Shown here: piece by piece, positions 38,564 to 49,050 of the stretch | How the letters are laid out: the number at the start of each line of letters is the position of its first letter | How positions within the stretch are numbered: the stretch's first letter is position 1 | Source: Spirochaetaceae bacterium | GTDB lineage: Bacteria > Spirochaetota > Spirochaetia > DSM-27196 > SKKC01 | Length of the DNA stretch: 64,000 bases | Reading direction: 5' to 3' | NCBI GenBank assembly: GCA_007128315.1 | Contig: SKXQ01000054.1 | Span: 14,377 to 78,376, forward strand | The notes under the pieces: model-generated | Told to the model about the DNA's origin: nothing | Databases searched by the model: none | Seen by the model: the letters and a program-made list of their open reading frames with translations, nothing else | Translations under genes and position numbers: made by a program

Positions 38564-40138
38564 CTATGGTTTCATGCTCAGCTGCAGCAGCTGCATAAAG
38601 AAATAGACCGTGCGGTAGACCGAGGTCAGGCGTTCGTCTATGGACGCTTCCGAGTAGGTTTCCACCTCTTTCCAGTTCATCAGAAGCTCCGGTTTCTTCT
38701 TTTTGCGGTCATCGATAGCCAGCTTCAGGATTTTACCGATGGAAATCAGATGCTGCCCGGACTCGTTGATCAGGCGCTTCGCGTGTGCGTTGATCTCGTC
38801 AACAATGGTGGCAACGACTTTCTGTGATGCCTTGTCGCGCTCCGATGACCGCCCGATCGCTTTTTTAAGCTTCATACCGAGCTCGCCCTCGTCCGACAGG
38901 CTGTCGTCGAACTGCACAAGTTTCGTGGATAACTCCATGAGGCTGTGGAAACAGTCGCTAAGCTGCTGACTTGCAAGCGGTTCGGTCCACTTTCCGCGGA
39001 TGACAAGCAGATCCTGCAACTCCCGGACGTCTTTCTTGAAATAGTCGATCAGAAAAGCCTTGAGATAGTTGAACGCGTCCAGATAGACGAAACCGGTTCC
39101 GACGCGGGGTCCGAGCGTTACGTTTGCCTTGTCCGTATAGAACTTCGCGCGGCTGACCGCGGTTTTGCCGAAGACCTCCTGACAGAGGCGCTCGATTTTC
39201 CTGTTTCGTTTTTCCAGCGAGACCTGCCGTAAGTGTGCTTCTGCCTGTATCTTCAGTTTTTCCAGATACGGCTCAAGAATCCGATGCCTGCCGGTGGTAA
39301 TGGTGGGTTCATAGTACGGGTCCCCGTCGGCCATTCGCACGACCTGTGCCAGAACGTCCGATTTACGCACATTCACGAGCATGACCACGAGCTTCTTCCA
39401 CGCTTTCCGGTCTATGACGTCAACAGCACGATACTGCTGAAGTACATCGAAGACATCATCCCAGGCGGTATCGAGCTCAAGGGAAAGGAAAATCTCAAGG
39501 AAATCCTTGATATCATCGCTGACATACGAGGCATTTATCGGTTCGAACTTCGGTTGCAGATCAAAACTGTCCTCACCGATCGACGCATCGAACTTGCGCA
39601 GAACGAAATAGTAGTCGAACAGGACAAAGTCAAGGAACTGTCGCAGCAGTGTATACGTCCTGTTTGTACGCTCCACCGACTGTGAGTCAAAGGATGTGTA
39701 GAACTGCTGCATAGCCGATTTGATCCTGGCCACCGCCTGTTTCGGCTCTTCTTTCTCCGCCAGTTCCCTGATCGTTGCCTCGGTAAAGGCGTCACGAAAG
39801 CGTTGCTGTTCCGTAGTGAAATAATGCTCGACAACCAGGTCCCGAAGGCCCTGACTGTCACGGGCGTTCTGAAGCAGACTTCGCGCCGGGCCGATGACGG
39901 CATAGATATCAAAAAAAAACCTGGCGAGACCGGGCATCGCGAGATCGCCCCTGGCACGATAGAACTTGTATTTACTCCGACCGAGGTCTTTCCCGATCTG
40001 CTTGAGCTGACGCTTCCGCTGCCGCTCGGGGTTGTTACCTCCGAACACAATCGACAGAAGTCTCTCCAGAATATTATCGTGTGCGTCGGCCACCGAATCA
40101 GGTTCTGATTCGGTGGCCTTCCGGGTGCTCTCGGCCAT
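38564..40138 (-). CDS. Conserved helical hypothetical protein (resembles the spirochaete DUF5312-type family)
   Basis: 524-aa charged helical ORF (FDYYFVLRKFD..., LKAFLIDYFKKD) with its own promoter. Family name is from recall only. Confidence 0.7.
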   Translation of the reverse strand: MAESTRKATESEPDSVADAHDNILERLLSIVFGGNNPERQRKRQLKQIGKDLGRSKYKFYRARGDLAMPGLARFFFDIYAVIGPARSLLQNARDSQGLRDLVVEHYFTTEQQRFRDAFTEATIRELAEKEEPKQAVARIKSAMQQFYTSFDSQSVERTNRTYTLLRQFLDFVLFDYYFVLRKFDASIGEDSFDLQPKFEPINASYVSDDIKDFLEIFLSLELDTAWDDVFDVLQQYRAVDVIDRKAWKKLVVMLVNVRKSDVLAQVVRMADGDPYYEPTITTGRHRILEPYLEKLKIQAEAHLRQVSLEKRNRKIERLCQEVFGKTAVSRAKFYTDKANVTLGPRVGTGFVYLDAFNYLKAFLIDYFKKDVRELQDLLVIRGKWTEPLASQQLSDCFHSLMELSTKLVQFDDSLSDEGELGMKLKKAIGRSSERDKASQKVVATIVDEINAHAKRLINESGQHLISIGKILKLAIDDRKKKKPELLMNWKEVETYSEASIDERLTSVYRTVYFFMQLLQLSMKP

Positions 40139-40255
40139 ACCGGCATAGAGTACGCGTGGATACCGCCGACGTCAAGTTCTTAGAGGTATTGGACAATTAA
40201 AAACACTGCGCTCGTATTGCCGCAGCTCGTATGTACACGATATGGTTATGCGACT

Positions 40256-41554
40256 ATGAATCAACTGGCACGAGAACTGAACGCACTGCTTGAAGGTACG
40301 ATTATCGGCCGCGTATTGAGCGAGTACGGCCTGCGCTCATACTTCCCGAAAGGCATCGTCGCACAGGCTTCAGAGGCCGGGGTCAAGGCAACACGCTTCA
40401 ACGCTACCGTGGGTATGGCCTACGCCGGTGGCAAACCCATCCTCACCGACACTGCCGCGAAACAGATACCCGGATTCTCTGCAAAGGAATCCGTTGCCTA
40501 CTCTCCGACGGCGGGCATCGTGGATCTGAGGACACAATGGGAGTCCGAAATCCGTCGCAAAAACCCCTCGCTCTCGGATACCCCGATGCTCAAGCCGGTA
40601 CTCACCTCAGGCCTGACCAACGGTATTTTCCAGCTTGGAGAACTGTTCGTTGACCCCGATGATCGCATCATAATGCCGGACCTGTTCTGGGGCAACTACC
40701 GCCTCATGCTCGAAACGCGCCGGGCGGCACGCATCGTAACCTTTCCGTTTTTCGATGAATCAAACGCGTTCAATACCGAAGGGTTCCGTGCTGCGTGCGA
40801 GAAAAACCGGAGCGCCGGAAAGCTTATGGTTCTGCTGAACTTCCCGAACAATCCGGCCGGATACGCCCCGACACAGAAAGAGACGGACAGCCTCGTCAAC
40901 GTGCTCTACGATCTTGCCGAAGCAGGCATGGACATGATCGTCGTAACCGACGATGCATACTTCGGCCTGTACTATCAGACGGACGTGTATCGGGAATCAC
41001 TCTTCGCACGCTGCGCAAATCTGCACGAGCGGGTCCTCGCGTGCAAGATCGACGGCGCCACGAAGGAGGAGTACCTCTGGGGCCTGAGGCTCGGGTTTAT
41101 CACCATTGCCGCACAGGGACTCACCGCTGCTCACTATGACGCATTCGAGAAGAAACTCACCGGAAGCATCAGGGCTTCCGTTTCCAACGGCAACACGCTC
41201 GGGCAGAATATTCTGCTGCGCATGCTCATTGATCCGGAATGGCAGGAAGAAAAACGTAGAATCTACGACGACATGCACGCACGCTTTGATACGGTGCAGT
41301 CGATCCTCGCGAAGTACACGGGTCCTCTGCAGGCGCTCCCCTGCAACGCGGGCTATTTTATGAGCTTCGACTGTGGCGACCTTGATGCCGAACAGATACG
41401 GATCGCCCTTCTTGAGCGCGGTATAGGGACGATTTCGATACAGAACCGCTATCTGAGAGTTGCCTTCGCAAGTGTTGACAACCACGATCTTCCCACGCTG
41501 TACGGTGAAATATTCGATGTTGTTGAAGCGATTTCGCAAGAACAGACGCACTGA
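40256..41554 (+). CDS. PLP-dependent aminotransferase class I/II
   Basis: NATVG, LNFPNNPAGY, TDDAYFGL, KIDGATKE..WGLRLG, NAGYF. Confidence 0.92.
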   Translation: MNQLARELNALLEGTIIGRVLSEYGLRSYFPKGIVAQASEAGVKATRFNATVGMAYAGGKPILTDTAAKQIPGFSAKESVAYSPTAGIVDLRTQWESEIRRKNPSLSDTPMLKPVLTSGLTNGIFQLGELFVDPDDRIIMPDLFWGNYRLMLETRRAARIVTFPFFDESNAFNTEGFRAACEKNRSAGKLMVLLNFPNNPAGYAPTQKETDSLVNVLYDLAEAGMDMIVVTDDAYFGLYYQTDVYRESLFARCANLHERVLACKIDGATKEEYLWGLRLGFITIAAQGLTAAHYDAFEKKLTGSIRASVSNGNTLGQNILLRMLIDPEWQEEKRRIYDDMHARFDTVQSILAKYTGPLQALPCNAGYFMSFDCGDLDAEQIRIALLERGIGTISIQNRYLRVAFASVDNHDLPTLYGEIFDVVEAISQEQTH

Positions 41555-42803
41555 CCGCTTCCGGCCCTTCGTTCTCGCTGTCCTGTTTACAACGATTCTT
41601 GGCGGCTGCGCGGACGATCCGATCTCCAGTGTGCGCATCTGGACGGATATGCCCGGGATTCTCGACTACGCAATCCTGTTCAACCAGCAGCAGGATACCT
41701 ATACCGTCGAGGTCGAGTCGCGCAGACATCTTCTCAGCGCCCTGCAGGACAGCGATGCCACACCGGATCTTGTCATCGGGAGACATCTGAATCAGGCCGC
41801 AGCCGAGGATCTTTTCGGCGAGATCGGATCAGTCGTCGCCGCTTCCGGGGGACCACAGCAGTTCTATCCCGGTTTTCTCGCCATGGGACGATTTGGCAAC
41901 GTACAACGCCTGCTCCCGGTGTCGTTTGATCTGCCTGCGGTCGTGTTTACCGACGCCATCGCACCTGACCCCGGGTTCCGACTGTATCTGGAGCTGGATG
42001 AAATTCGGGACGCGGCTGCTGCCTTTAACGAACCGGGCGCTGCCGGAACAGGACGCATGGGATACTCGCCACTGTGGGACGATGCGTTCACCCAGGTGCT
42101 TTCAGATGCCTACCGGGTCGCGTTTCGTCAGGGCCCCGGCGGTGGAATACTCTGGAGCAGTGAACCCCTCCGGAATGCACTTTCGTTCGCCGGTGAATGG
42201 GTCTTCGAACTGAACGAAGGAACCGAACGTTCGGATGACTTTCGCAGACGTTACCTGACACGACCGCGCGTTGATCTTGTGAACGACGGTCGCATAGGCT
42301 TCGCGTTTACCACCGGACAGGACTTTTTCGGAAGCAGCAACGCCGAACGTCCGAACCTGAGTCTGAGATGGGTTGCGCGTGACGGCGTCATCGCCGTCCC
42401 CGACTCCCTTGTCATGGCGGGAGTTCCCGAACGTGCGCGTAACAGTGCCGGCGCCCGGGCGTTTATGCGCTGGCTGCTGAACGGCGAAACACAGCGCGAA
42501 CTGCTCGAGTCGGCCGCCGTGTCGGATTACGGTTCACCTGGTATTGCAGGCGGATTCAGCTCCATCGTCAGAATCAACGAACGCGACCTGCTCGAACTGC
42601 ATCCCGGCCTGCTCGGTCGCATACCGCCGGCATCCATGCTCCGATGGCCTGCCAGATTTCCGCAAATGTGGCCGAGAATGCGCGATGAGGCGGTTATCCC
42701 ATGGATGCAGGAGCAGATCCGCCTCGGTGAATACACCGGATCGCCGGAAAACCGCATACAGACCTGGCTCAGACAGCAGGAACGACCATCCCGGCGCAAT
42801 TAG
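41517..42803 (+). CDS. ABC-type sugar-binding lipoprotein (putative)
   Basis: Lipobox-like ILGGC, PDLVIG, LPVSFDLPAVVF, GARAFMRWLL; upstream of a sugar ABC ATPase. Confidence 0.75.
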   Translation: MLLKRFRKNRRTDRFRPFVLAVLFTTILGGCADDPISSVRIWTDMPGILDYAILFNQQQDTYTVEVESRRHLLSALQDSDATPDLVIGRHLNQAAAEDLFGEIGSVVAASGGPQQFYPGFLAMGRFGNVQRLLPVSFDLPAVVFTDAIAPDPGFRLYLELDEIRDAAAAFNEPGAAGTGRMGYSPLWDDAFTQVLSDAYRVAFRQGPGGGILWSSEPLRNALSFAGEWVFELNEGTERSDDFRRRYLTRPRVDLVNDGRIGFAFTTGQDFFGSSNAERPNLSLRWVARDGVIAVPDSLVMAGVPERARNSAGARAFMRWLLNGETQRELLESAAVSDYGSPGIAGGFSSIVRINERDLLELHPGLLGRIPPASMLRWPARFPQMWPRMRDEAVIPWMQEQIRLGEYTGSPENRIQTWLRQQERPSRRN

Positions 42804-42824
42804 CCTCTATCGGGCTAAATTTCG

Positions 42825-42853
42825 TTGACATCGAGATATATAGCATTTACCAT
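42825..42853 (+). promoter_or_regulatory. Sigma70 promoter of the sugar ABC ATPase
   Basis: TTGACA-N17-TACCAT. Confidence 0.7.
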
Positions 42854-42889
42854 CGGAAATACTAATATAAAGCCGAATGGGGGTATTCC

Positions 42890-44011
42890 ATGGCAAACGT
42901 TGAGTTGAAGAACATCAACAAAATTTATGAAGGTAATGTTCAGGCGGTTAAAGACGCGAATATTACCGTTAAGGACAAGGAATTTGTCGTTCTCGTCGGT
43001 CCGTCAGGTTGCGGCAAGACGACTACGCTTCGAATGGTTGCGGGTCTCGAAGACATAACTTCGGGCGAGCTCATCATCGACGGCAAACTCGTGAACGACG
43101 TTCCGCCGAAAGACCGCGACATCGCAATGGTCTTTCAGAACTACGCACTGTATCCGCACATGAGCGTATACGACAACATGGCTTTCGGTCTGAAGATCCG
43201 CAAGTTCTCCAAGGACGAGATCAAAAAGCGTGTTGACGAAGCTGCCCGCATTCTTGACATCGAGCAGCTTCTTGAGCGCAAGCCCAAGGCACTCAGTGGT
43301 GGTCAGCGCCAGCGCGTTGCGGTCGGACGAGCCATAGTCCGAAAGCCGAAAGTCTTCCTTTTCGACGAGCCGCTGTCAAACCTCGACGCAAAGCTTCGTG
43401 TACAGATGCGAGCCGAGATCTCGAGCCTTCATAACCGTCTGCAGGCGACCATGCTCTATGTCACGCACGACCAGGTCGAAGCCATGACCATGGGTGACAA
43501 GATTGTCGTCATGAAGGACGGCCTTATTCAGCAGATCGGCGACCCGCTGACGCTGTACAACAATCCGGTCAACCGCTTCGTGGCAGGATTTATCGGATCA
43601 CCTCCGATGAACTTCATGAGCGTGAAGATCACCGAAGAAGGCGGCAAGACCTGGATCGACGAAGGTAACTTCAAGATGATGATTCAGGGCGACCTCGCAA
43701 GCATTGCCAAGGACTACATTGGCAAGGACCTCATCTTCGGTATCCGACCTGAGGATGTGAAGTACGACGAGAAAGCCAAGGACGGCACGTACATCCCGGC
43801 CACGGTCGAAGTCGTTGAGCCGCTTGGTGCAGAGACGCATCTCTTCCTGAATACCGGCAATCACAACTTCGTAGGCCGCGTCGAGCCTGCGATCATTCTG
43901 TCCGTCGGCGACCAGGGTAAGTTCGTCCCGGATTTCTCCAAGGTGACCTTCTTCGATCCGGAAACCGAACAGAGCCTCCGTGCAGTCGCAGAGATTCCGG
44001 TAACGATCTGA
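42890..44011 (+). CDS. Multiple-sugar ABC transporter ATP-binding protein (MsmX/MalK/UgpC family)
   Basis: [51 protein letters not shown]-like tail. Confidence 0.97.
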   Translation: MANVELKNINKIYEGNVQAVKDANITVKDKEFVVLVGPSGCGKTTTLRMVAGLEDITSGELIIDGKLVNDVPPKDRDIAMVFQNYALYPHMSVYDNMAFGLKIRKFSKDEIKKRVDEAARILDIEQLLERKPKALSGGQRQRVAVGRAIVRKPKVFLFDEPLSNLDAKLRVQMRAEISSLHNRLQATMLYVTHDQVEAMTMGDKIVVMKDGLIQQIGDPLTLYNNPVNRFVAGFIGSPPMNFMSVKITEEGGKTWIDEGNFKMMIQGDLASIAKDYIGKDLIFGIRPEDVKYDEKAKDGTYIPATVEVVEPLGAETHLFLNTGNHNFVGRVEPAIILSVGDQGKFVPDFSKVTFFDPETEQSLRAVAEIPVTI

Positions 44012-44041
44012 TTCAGATCGCTCCGCATCGATATTCGAGAC

Positions 44042-44074
44042 AGGCCGACCCCTTCCAGGGGGTCGGCTTTTTTT
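44042..44074 (+). terminator. Intrinsic terminator
   Basis: AGGCCGACCCC-TTCCA-GGGGTCGGCTT followed by a T-run. Confidence 0.9.
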
Positions 44075-44139
44075 GTGTCAGCTTGGAGTGATTGGACAGA
44101 TTGCGAAGACTACCCGATCACCGTATACTCTAGCCCTCT

Positions 44140-45936
44140 ATGGCATCCTTCAGTTTCGATTTCCGGGAACAGATACAGGCGGCGCTTCAGGAACTTATTG
44201 TGCAGTCCGAAAGCTCGTATCTCAAAATCGGGCACGATTTTCCGCGACTTCTGAAGGAAATGGATCTCGGGCTCGCGGGCAGCAGCGAGATTACGACTGC
44301 GCTGAAAGGCGAAAACGGTTGTGGTGAAACAACGGCTCGTGAATGCCTGAAGCGTGCGATCACGGACGTGAGAGAACTTATACAGGACGCCTCCACCGGT
44401 TTCGGTGAAATGAGAACAAAAGACCAGGAGAGCTTCGCACAGCTGCACGACGCCCTGGAACGTCTGAAGAGTCTCGACAGCAACATACACGAAATCAAGG
44501 AAGACTCGATCGAGATGGAGATCATCTCCATCAACGCGATGACTGCGAGCATCAAGGCCGGAACCGCAGGGAAGGCGTTCTCGTTCATTACAGAGGAGCT
44601 CAAGCGCCTCGCAGAACGAACGATCGCACTGAGCGAGGAAATTAACGAACGCGGGCGGCACCTCCGCAGCGTTTTCGAGGCTTATCGCAGCAACATGGAG
44701 CAATCCGCCCTGAAGCAGGAAGCTGTCTTCAGCACCGCCGGTGACCGGCTCGAGGAGAGCTTTTCATCGCTGCAGACCGGGATCGGACAGGTGGTTACGC
44801 AACTCGGGGACATCAGTGCCGGTTCCACCGCGGTCAGGAAACCGCTGCAACGCATCATGGAAGAAGTACAGTTGCACGACATAATCAAGCAGTCCATCGA
44901 TCACGTACTGATCTCCCTGCGGGAACTTACCGACATTACCACCCTCACCAGCGACGAGGCTGCGTTAGACGAGCTCACGTTCTTCATGCAGCTTCCTGAC
45001 CTGTGCAACGACATTCTGACCGACGTCCGCGCGAAGCTGCTTGAAAGCGTCTCGGTGTTCCGACAGGAGTCTCACCGCGCGACGCAGATCATCGAGAACA
45101 CCGAGAAGGAACGCAGCGCGTACGTGCACAGATTTCTCGACCAGAACTCACGTGACGAGGGCTCGGTACAGCACCTCTACGACCTGGCGCTCCGGAGGCT
45201 GCAACATCTGGTAGAAGACCTCGAAGCCAGTCTCAGCGAGAAGCGGCGGGTCGCTGAGCGTTCAAAAGTCCTGACCAAAGACGTTCTGCGACTGTCGGAG
45301 GGCTTTCGCACCTTCCGCGTACTACTGAACCGGTTTCGCAGCGTGGACATTCACAGCCGCATCGAAGTCGCGAAACAGAGCGTTCTTCAGAACATGAGTT
45401 CCACCGTGGACGAAATGACTACGCTGATCTCGAGGATAGAGGCCGACGTGCAGAACGGCGTAGACACGACCTCCTCGTTCATGGGGGTCGCGGAAAAGGT
45501 TCTCGGTGATTTCGGCGAAATTCTGACCGAAGAATCACACATGGTCCATGTGTTCGCAAGCCGGATCCGGGTCTGCTACGAGCGCTTTCAGGACGCGCGC
45601 AGACTTCTCATGCAGAGCGTGAGCGACTACGAAGTGTTCACCAATGATTTTCTCTCGCTCTTCGAAGAGTCAAAACGGGACTACACGAAACTGGAATCTC
45701 TCGCAGAGGAGATTGAACGCGTGCGCAGTTCGCTGTTGAGCATCCGCGATCAGGCCGCCTCCGAACGAAAACGCATCCTGCAGCGAAATGGCCTCGTGGA
45801 ATGGCACATTGAGAGCGAACGCCTGCAGTCGATCATCGAACGATTTACTATATTTACCCATAAGGAAACCGCCGGGAAACTCGCGGGGCTTGAAATTGAA
45901 GAAGGAATCGGTTCGGGAGATATTACGTTTTTCTAG
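44140..45936 (+). CDS. Soluble chemoreceptor-like coiled-coil protein
   Basis: MCP hairpin-tip-like IISINAMTASIKAGTAGKAFSFITEELKRL; QLHDIIKQSIDHV; no TM segment; C-terminus GDITFF; upstream of cheD. Confidence 0.75.
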   Translation: MASFSFDFREQIQAALQELIVQSESSYLKIGHDFPRLLKEMDLGLAGSSEITTALKGENGCGETTARECLKRAITDVRELIQDASTGFGEMRTKDQESFAQLHDALERLKSLDSNIHEIKEDSIEMEIISINAMTASIKAGTAGKAFSFITEELKRLAERTIALSEEINERGRHLRSVFEAYRSNMEQSALKQEAVFSTAGDRLEESFSSLQTGIGQVVTQLGDISAGSTAVRKPLQRIMEEVQLHDIIKQSIDHVLISLRELTDITTLTSDEAALDELTFFMQLPDLCNDILTDVRAKLLESVSVFRQESHRATQIIENTEKERSAYVHRFLDQNSRDEGSVQHLYDLALRRLQHLVEDLEASLSEKRRVAERSKVLTKDVLRLSEGFRTFRVLLNRFRSVDIHSRIEVAKQSVLQNMSSTVDEMTTLISRIEADVQNGVDTTSSFMGVAEKVLGDFGEILTEESHMVHVFASRIRVCYERFQDARRLLMQSVSDYEVFTNDFLSLFEESKRDYTKLESLAEEIERVRSSLLSIRDQAASERKRILQRNGLVEWHIESERLQSIIERFTIFTHKETAGKLAGLEIEEGIGSGDITFF

Positions 45937-45959
45937 ATCCGTGACAGGTACAACTGCCC

Positions 45960-46550
45960 GTGTTCACACACCTCCACTCGAAGTTCGGCAAACGCATGAT
46001 CACGATACATCCGGGGGAGTTCCATGTATCGGGTGATGACGAAATCATAGCCACGGTTCTCGGCAGCTGCATTGCGGTCGCTATGTACGATCGCATCGCG
46101 GGGTACGGCGGACTGAACCACTTCATGCTGCCGGGTAATCTCGACCGCCCGGACAACTATCTCAGCGGCAGCGGCAAGTACGGCATGTTTGCGATGGAAC
46201 TTCTGATCAACGGGCTTCTGAAAGCCGGGTGTGACAGGAAACGCCTTCGGGCAAAGGTCTTCGGCGGAGGTTCGGTCCTTCGTTCAAAACCGGCAACCAA
46301 CGGCCTCACGATCCCTCAAAGCAACATCGACTTCGCCCTCGGCTTCCTGAAAGCCGAGGGTATACAGATCGAATCGCAGGATGTCGGTGGCACGACCGCA
46401 CGAAAGGTCCTTTTCTTTCCGAAAACGACGAAGATCCTTTTGAAGCGTTTCGCAGGCTCGGTGAAAACCGAAGTCGAACACGAGGAAGAACAGTACCTCG
46501 CCAAACTGCAGACGATACGCCCGAAGCAGGAAGATGTAACGCTGTTCTAG
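45960..46550 (+). CDS. cheD: Chemoreceptor glutamine deamidase CheD
   Basis: IHPGE, TVLGSCIAV, GGLNHFMLP, YGMFAMELLIN, AKVFGG, DVGG. Confidence 0.96.
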   Translation: MFTHLHSKFGKRMITIHPGEFHVSGDDEIIATVLGSCIAVAMYDRIAGYGGLNHFMLPGNLDRPDNYLSGSGKYGMFAMELLINGLLKAGCDRKRLRAKVFGGGSVLRSKPATNGLTIPQSNIDFALGFLKAEGIQIESQDVGGTTARKVLFFPKTTKILLKRFAGSVKTEVEHEEEQYLAKLQTIRPKQEDVTLF

Positions 46551-47548
46551 TCGGACACGTCGTAATCAGCCTCAGCGGACAGGCCGGAAATTCGCGCCTG
46601 CCAGGCGAGCTCGGAGAAACGTTCGACGAACACCCCGAGACTGTCGGCTATCGATTTCTCGCGCGCATTTCCACCTGCACGCGACGGACGGGCCGGGACT
46701 CGCCGCATGAGGGCATTTCGAAGCGATCCGGCTCCCTCGAGGGCATAGTACAGCGGAATCAGTCTGTACGCCGCTTTGAGAGCCGGTCTGAGCTCTTCGG
46801 CACCGAAGCCGGTGAGTTCGTCGACAGGCAGGCCGCCACGGTCGCGTTCAAACGCGTCGTCAAAGCTATCCCTGTTCCGCCGTGCCGTGTAATACAAGGT
46901 CGTGAACGTTTCAAGATCGCGCCGAAGCTGTTCCTGCAGCGCTGCCCTGTCCGGAACGCCCGGGTCGAAGCCCGGTCCCCGAAAGTGTTCATCCACGGGT
47001 ATCGAGACAAAGAGAGCGTGTTCGACATCGTACTGAAGCGCCCGCCTGGGGGTGGCAAACTGCGCGGGCGCCGCCCCGTCGGCGCGGGATTCACGCACCG
47101 CGAAGGCTATTCCCTCGGAGACGGTTACGTGCACCCCATGGGCGTGGCTCAGCCGTATCTCTCCGGACGTCGCTGTAACATCGACCGTCAGGTCAGCCGC
47201 CCTGATCGAGAAGTCCGGCTCCGTCCCGGTTGAACGTGCGTCGAACGCGACCGAGCCGGAGAGAAGCCGCAGCGCGAGAACATCATCATCTACCTGTTCG
47301 ATTAGAAGCAGTGAGTCGGGCGACAGGTGTATGAAGGTCCTCCCGTGGCGAAGCTGCAGGGTGCTACCGCTTCCAATGAGGTCGTAGGGCAGAAGCTCCA
47401 TGCCGTCGGAGCGGTCCTGCAGCCAGGGCCGAGCCTCCCGGAGCAGCACCAGATCCCGGTCGGCATCGTACAGGTCGAGCGCCGGAATTGAGACTGCCAG
47501 CAGAGTCAACAGGAGTATGGCGGTTCGGAGCGAACGGGAACGGTACAC
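46547..47548 (-). CDS. Exported protein with a FecR-like beta domain
   Basis: Signal-like RTAILLLTLLAVSIPA; IHLSPDSLL...LRLLSGSV...VTVSEG pattern. Start (GTG 47548) inferred because the longer ORF overlaps hom. Confidence 0.6.
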   Translation of the reverse strand: MYRSRSLRTAILLLTLLAVSIPALDLYDADRDLVLLREARPWLQDRSDGMELLPYDLIGSGSTLQLRHGRTFIHLSPDSLLLIEQVDDDVLALRLLSGSVAFDARSTGTEPDFSIRAADLTVDVTATSGEIRLSHAHGVHVTVSEGIAFAVRESRADGAAPAQFATPRRALQYDVEHALFVSIPVDEHFRGPGFDPGVPDRAALQEQLRRDLETFTTLYYTARRNRDSFDDAFERDRGGLPVDELTGFGAEELRPALKAAYRLIPLYYALEGAGSLRNALMRRVPARPSRAGGNAREKSIADSLGVFVERFSELAWQARISGLSAEADYDVSD

Positions 47549-47609
47549 ATAAACAGAATCGGAGCGAACAGGCGTCTGCTTGAGTCGGCTTGAGTCTGCT
47601 CGAGTTTGG

Positions 47610-47638
47610 TTGACGCGGCGCCAACGCCCCAGTAGCAT
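47610..47638 (+). promoter_or_regulatory. Promoter of hom (near-leaderless)
   Basis: TTGACG-N17-TAGCAT-N9-ATG with no SD. Confidence 0.7.
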
Positions 47639-47647
47639 TCGAAGCCT

Positions 47648-48964
47648 ATGAAGAAGCTCGAGGCAGGCGTCCTTGTAGTGGGGTGTGGAACGGTTGGCGG
47701 CGCAACCGTGGAGGCCCTGCTCGGACAAACCGACATAATACAGGCACGAAGCGGTGTATCGCTTCGCCTTACCGGTATCGTAAGCCGCACCTTCGCATCG
47801 GCGCGGCGGCATGGATTCCCCGAAACGCTGTTCCGCGAAAGCCTTGAATCCGCTCTCGAAGACCCCGACACGGACATCGTTGTCGAGACCGTCGGCGGTG
47901 TCGAAACCGGTGAAGCGATTATCCGCGCCGCGATTGCCGCCGGAAAGCACGTTGTCACCGCGAACAAGGCGCTGATAGCCGAGCGGGGAACGCAGCTATT
48001 CGAAACAGCACGGAAGGCCGGTGTGACGATAGCATTCGAAGCCTCCTGCGCCGGTGGCATTCCCATCGTCAGAAGTCTGTACGACGGACTTACGGCAAAC
48101 CGCATTGATGCCCTGTTCGGTATCGTCAACGGCACGAGCAACTACATACTCAGCCGCATGGTTCAGGAAGGATCGAGTTACCGGGAGGCGCTCGCCGAGG
48201 CACAGCGGGAGGGCTACGCGGAAGCAGACCCGACCCTCGACGTGGACGGAACCGACAGCGTCCACAAGCTCGCCATTCTATCGCGGCTCGCATTCGGTGT
48301 GGCCTGCCACCCGGACGACATTCCGACGGTGGGTATAGACAGCCTGAACAGCGAAGATATCGCACACGCAGCGCGCCTCGGGTACGTGGTGAAACTTCTC
48401 GCGGTCGCACAACGCCACGACAACGGTGTGAGCCTCTTTGTCCGGCCTGCGTTCATCTCACGCGAACATCCCCTTGCCTGGGTCTCAGGTCCGTTCAACG
48501 CGGTCAGTGTCTACGGAACGGTCACCGGCCACACCATGTACTACGGCCGTGGAGCTGGCGGCGCCCCGACGGCGGGGAGCATAATCGCGGATCTTGTGTC
48601 CATTGCCCGCGGAAGCTACGCCCCCGTTTTCGAACACTCCTGCGCCTGGGACCAGCACGATGCCGTGGCGGTCGTTCCGGCCAGCCGGCTCGCGCACCGC
48701 TACTATCTCAGAATGCTCGTGGACGATACGCCAGGGACACTCGCGCGCATCACGAGGATACTCTCTGACCACGAGATATCCATAGCGAGTGTCATGCAGG
48801 CAGAGTCGGATGAGAGTACACCTCCGAAGCCGGTGCAGGTTGTCATAACGCTGCACCGCACCGAGGAATCCAAACTGAGTGCTCCCCTGGAAAAAATTAC
48901 GGCACTTGACGCGGTCAAACAGGGACCGGCTCCGATCACGATTATTGACGAACACCCTGAATAA
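47648..48964 (+). CDS. hom: Homoserine dehydrogenase with C-terminal ACT domain
   Basis: GCGTVG, VVTANKA, FEASCAGGIP, NGTSNYIL, GYAEADPTLDVDG, YGRGAG; ACT-like DTPGTLARIT. Confidence 0.97.
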   Translation: MKKLEAGVLVVGCGTVGGATVEALLGQTDIIQARSGVSLRLTGIVSRTFASARRHGFPETLFRESLESALEDPDTDIVVETVGGVETGEAIIRAAIAAGKHVVTANKALIAERGTQLFETARKAGVTIAFEASCAGGIPIVRSLYDGLTANRIDALFGIVNGTSNYILSRMVQEGSSYREALAEAQREGYAEADPTLDVDGTDSVHKLAILSRLAFGVACHPDDIPTVGIDSLNSEDIAHAARLGYVVKLLAVAQRHDNGVSLFVRPAFISREHPLAWVSGPFNAVSVYGTVTGHTMYYGRGAGGAPTAGSIIADLVSIARGSYAPVFEHSCAWDQHDAVAVVPASRLAHRYYLRMLVDDTPGTLARITRILSDHEISIASVMQAESDESTPPKPVQVVITLHRTEESKLSAPLEKITALDAVKQGPAPITIIDEHPE

Positions 48965-49050
48965 GCCACATACCGGAACAAGTACACCGGTTCGGGTGCA
49001 CAGATACGTATCTGGTCTGATACACTGGGCTTGAGGTATAGTACTGCAGT

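Noticed and set aside
47549-47950. N-terminal extension of the FecR-like ORF
   Set aside because: Overlaps hom and its promoter on the opposite strand; the signal peptide begins near 47548.
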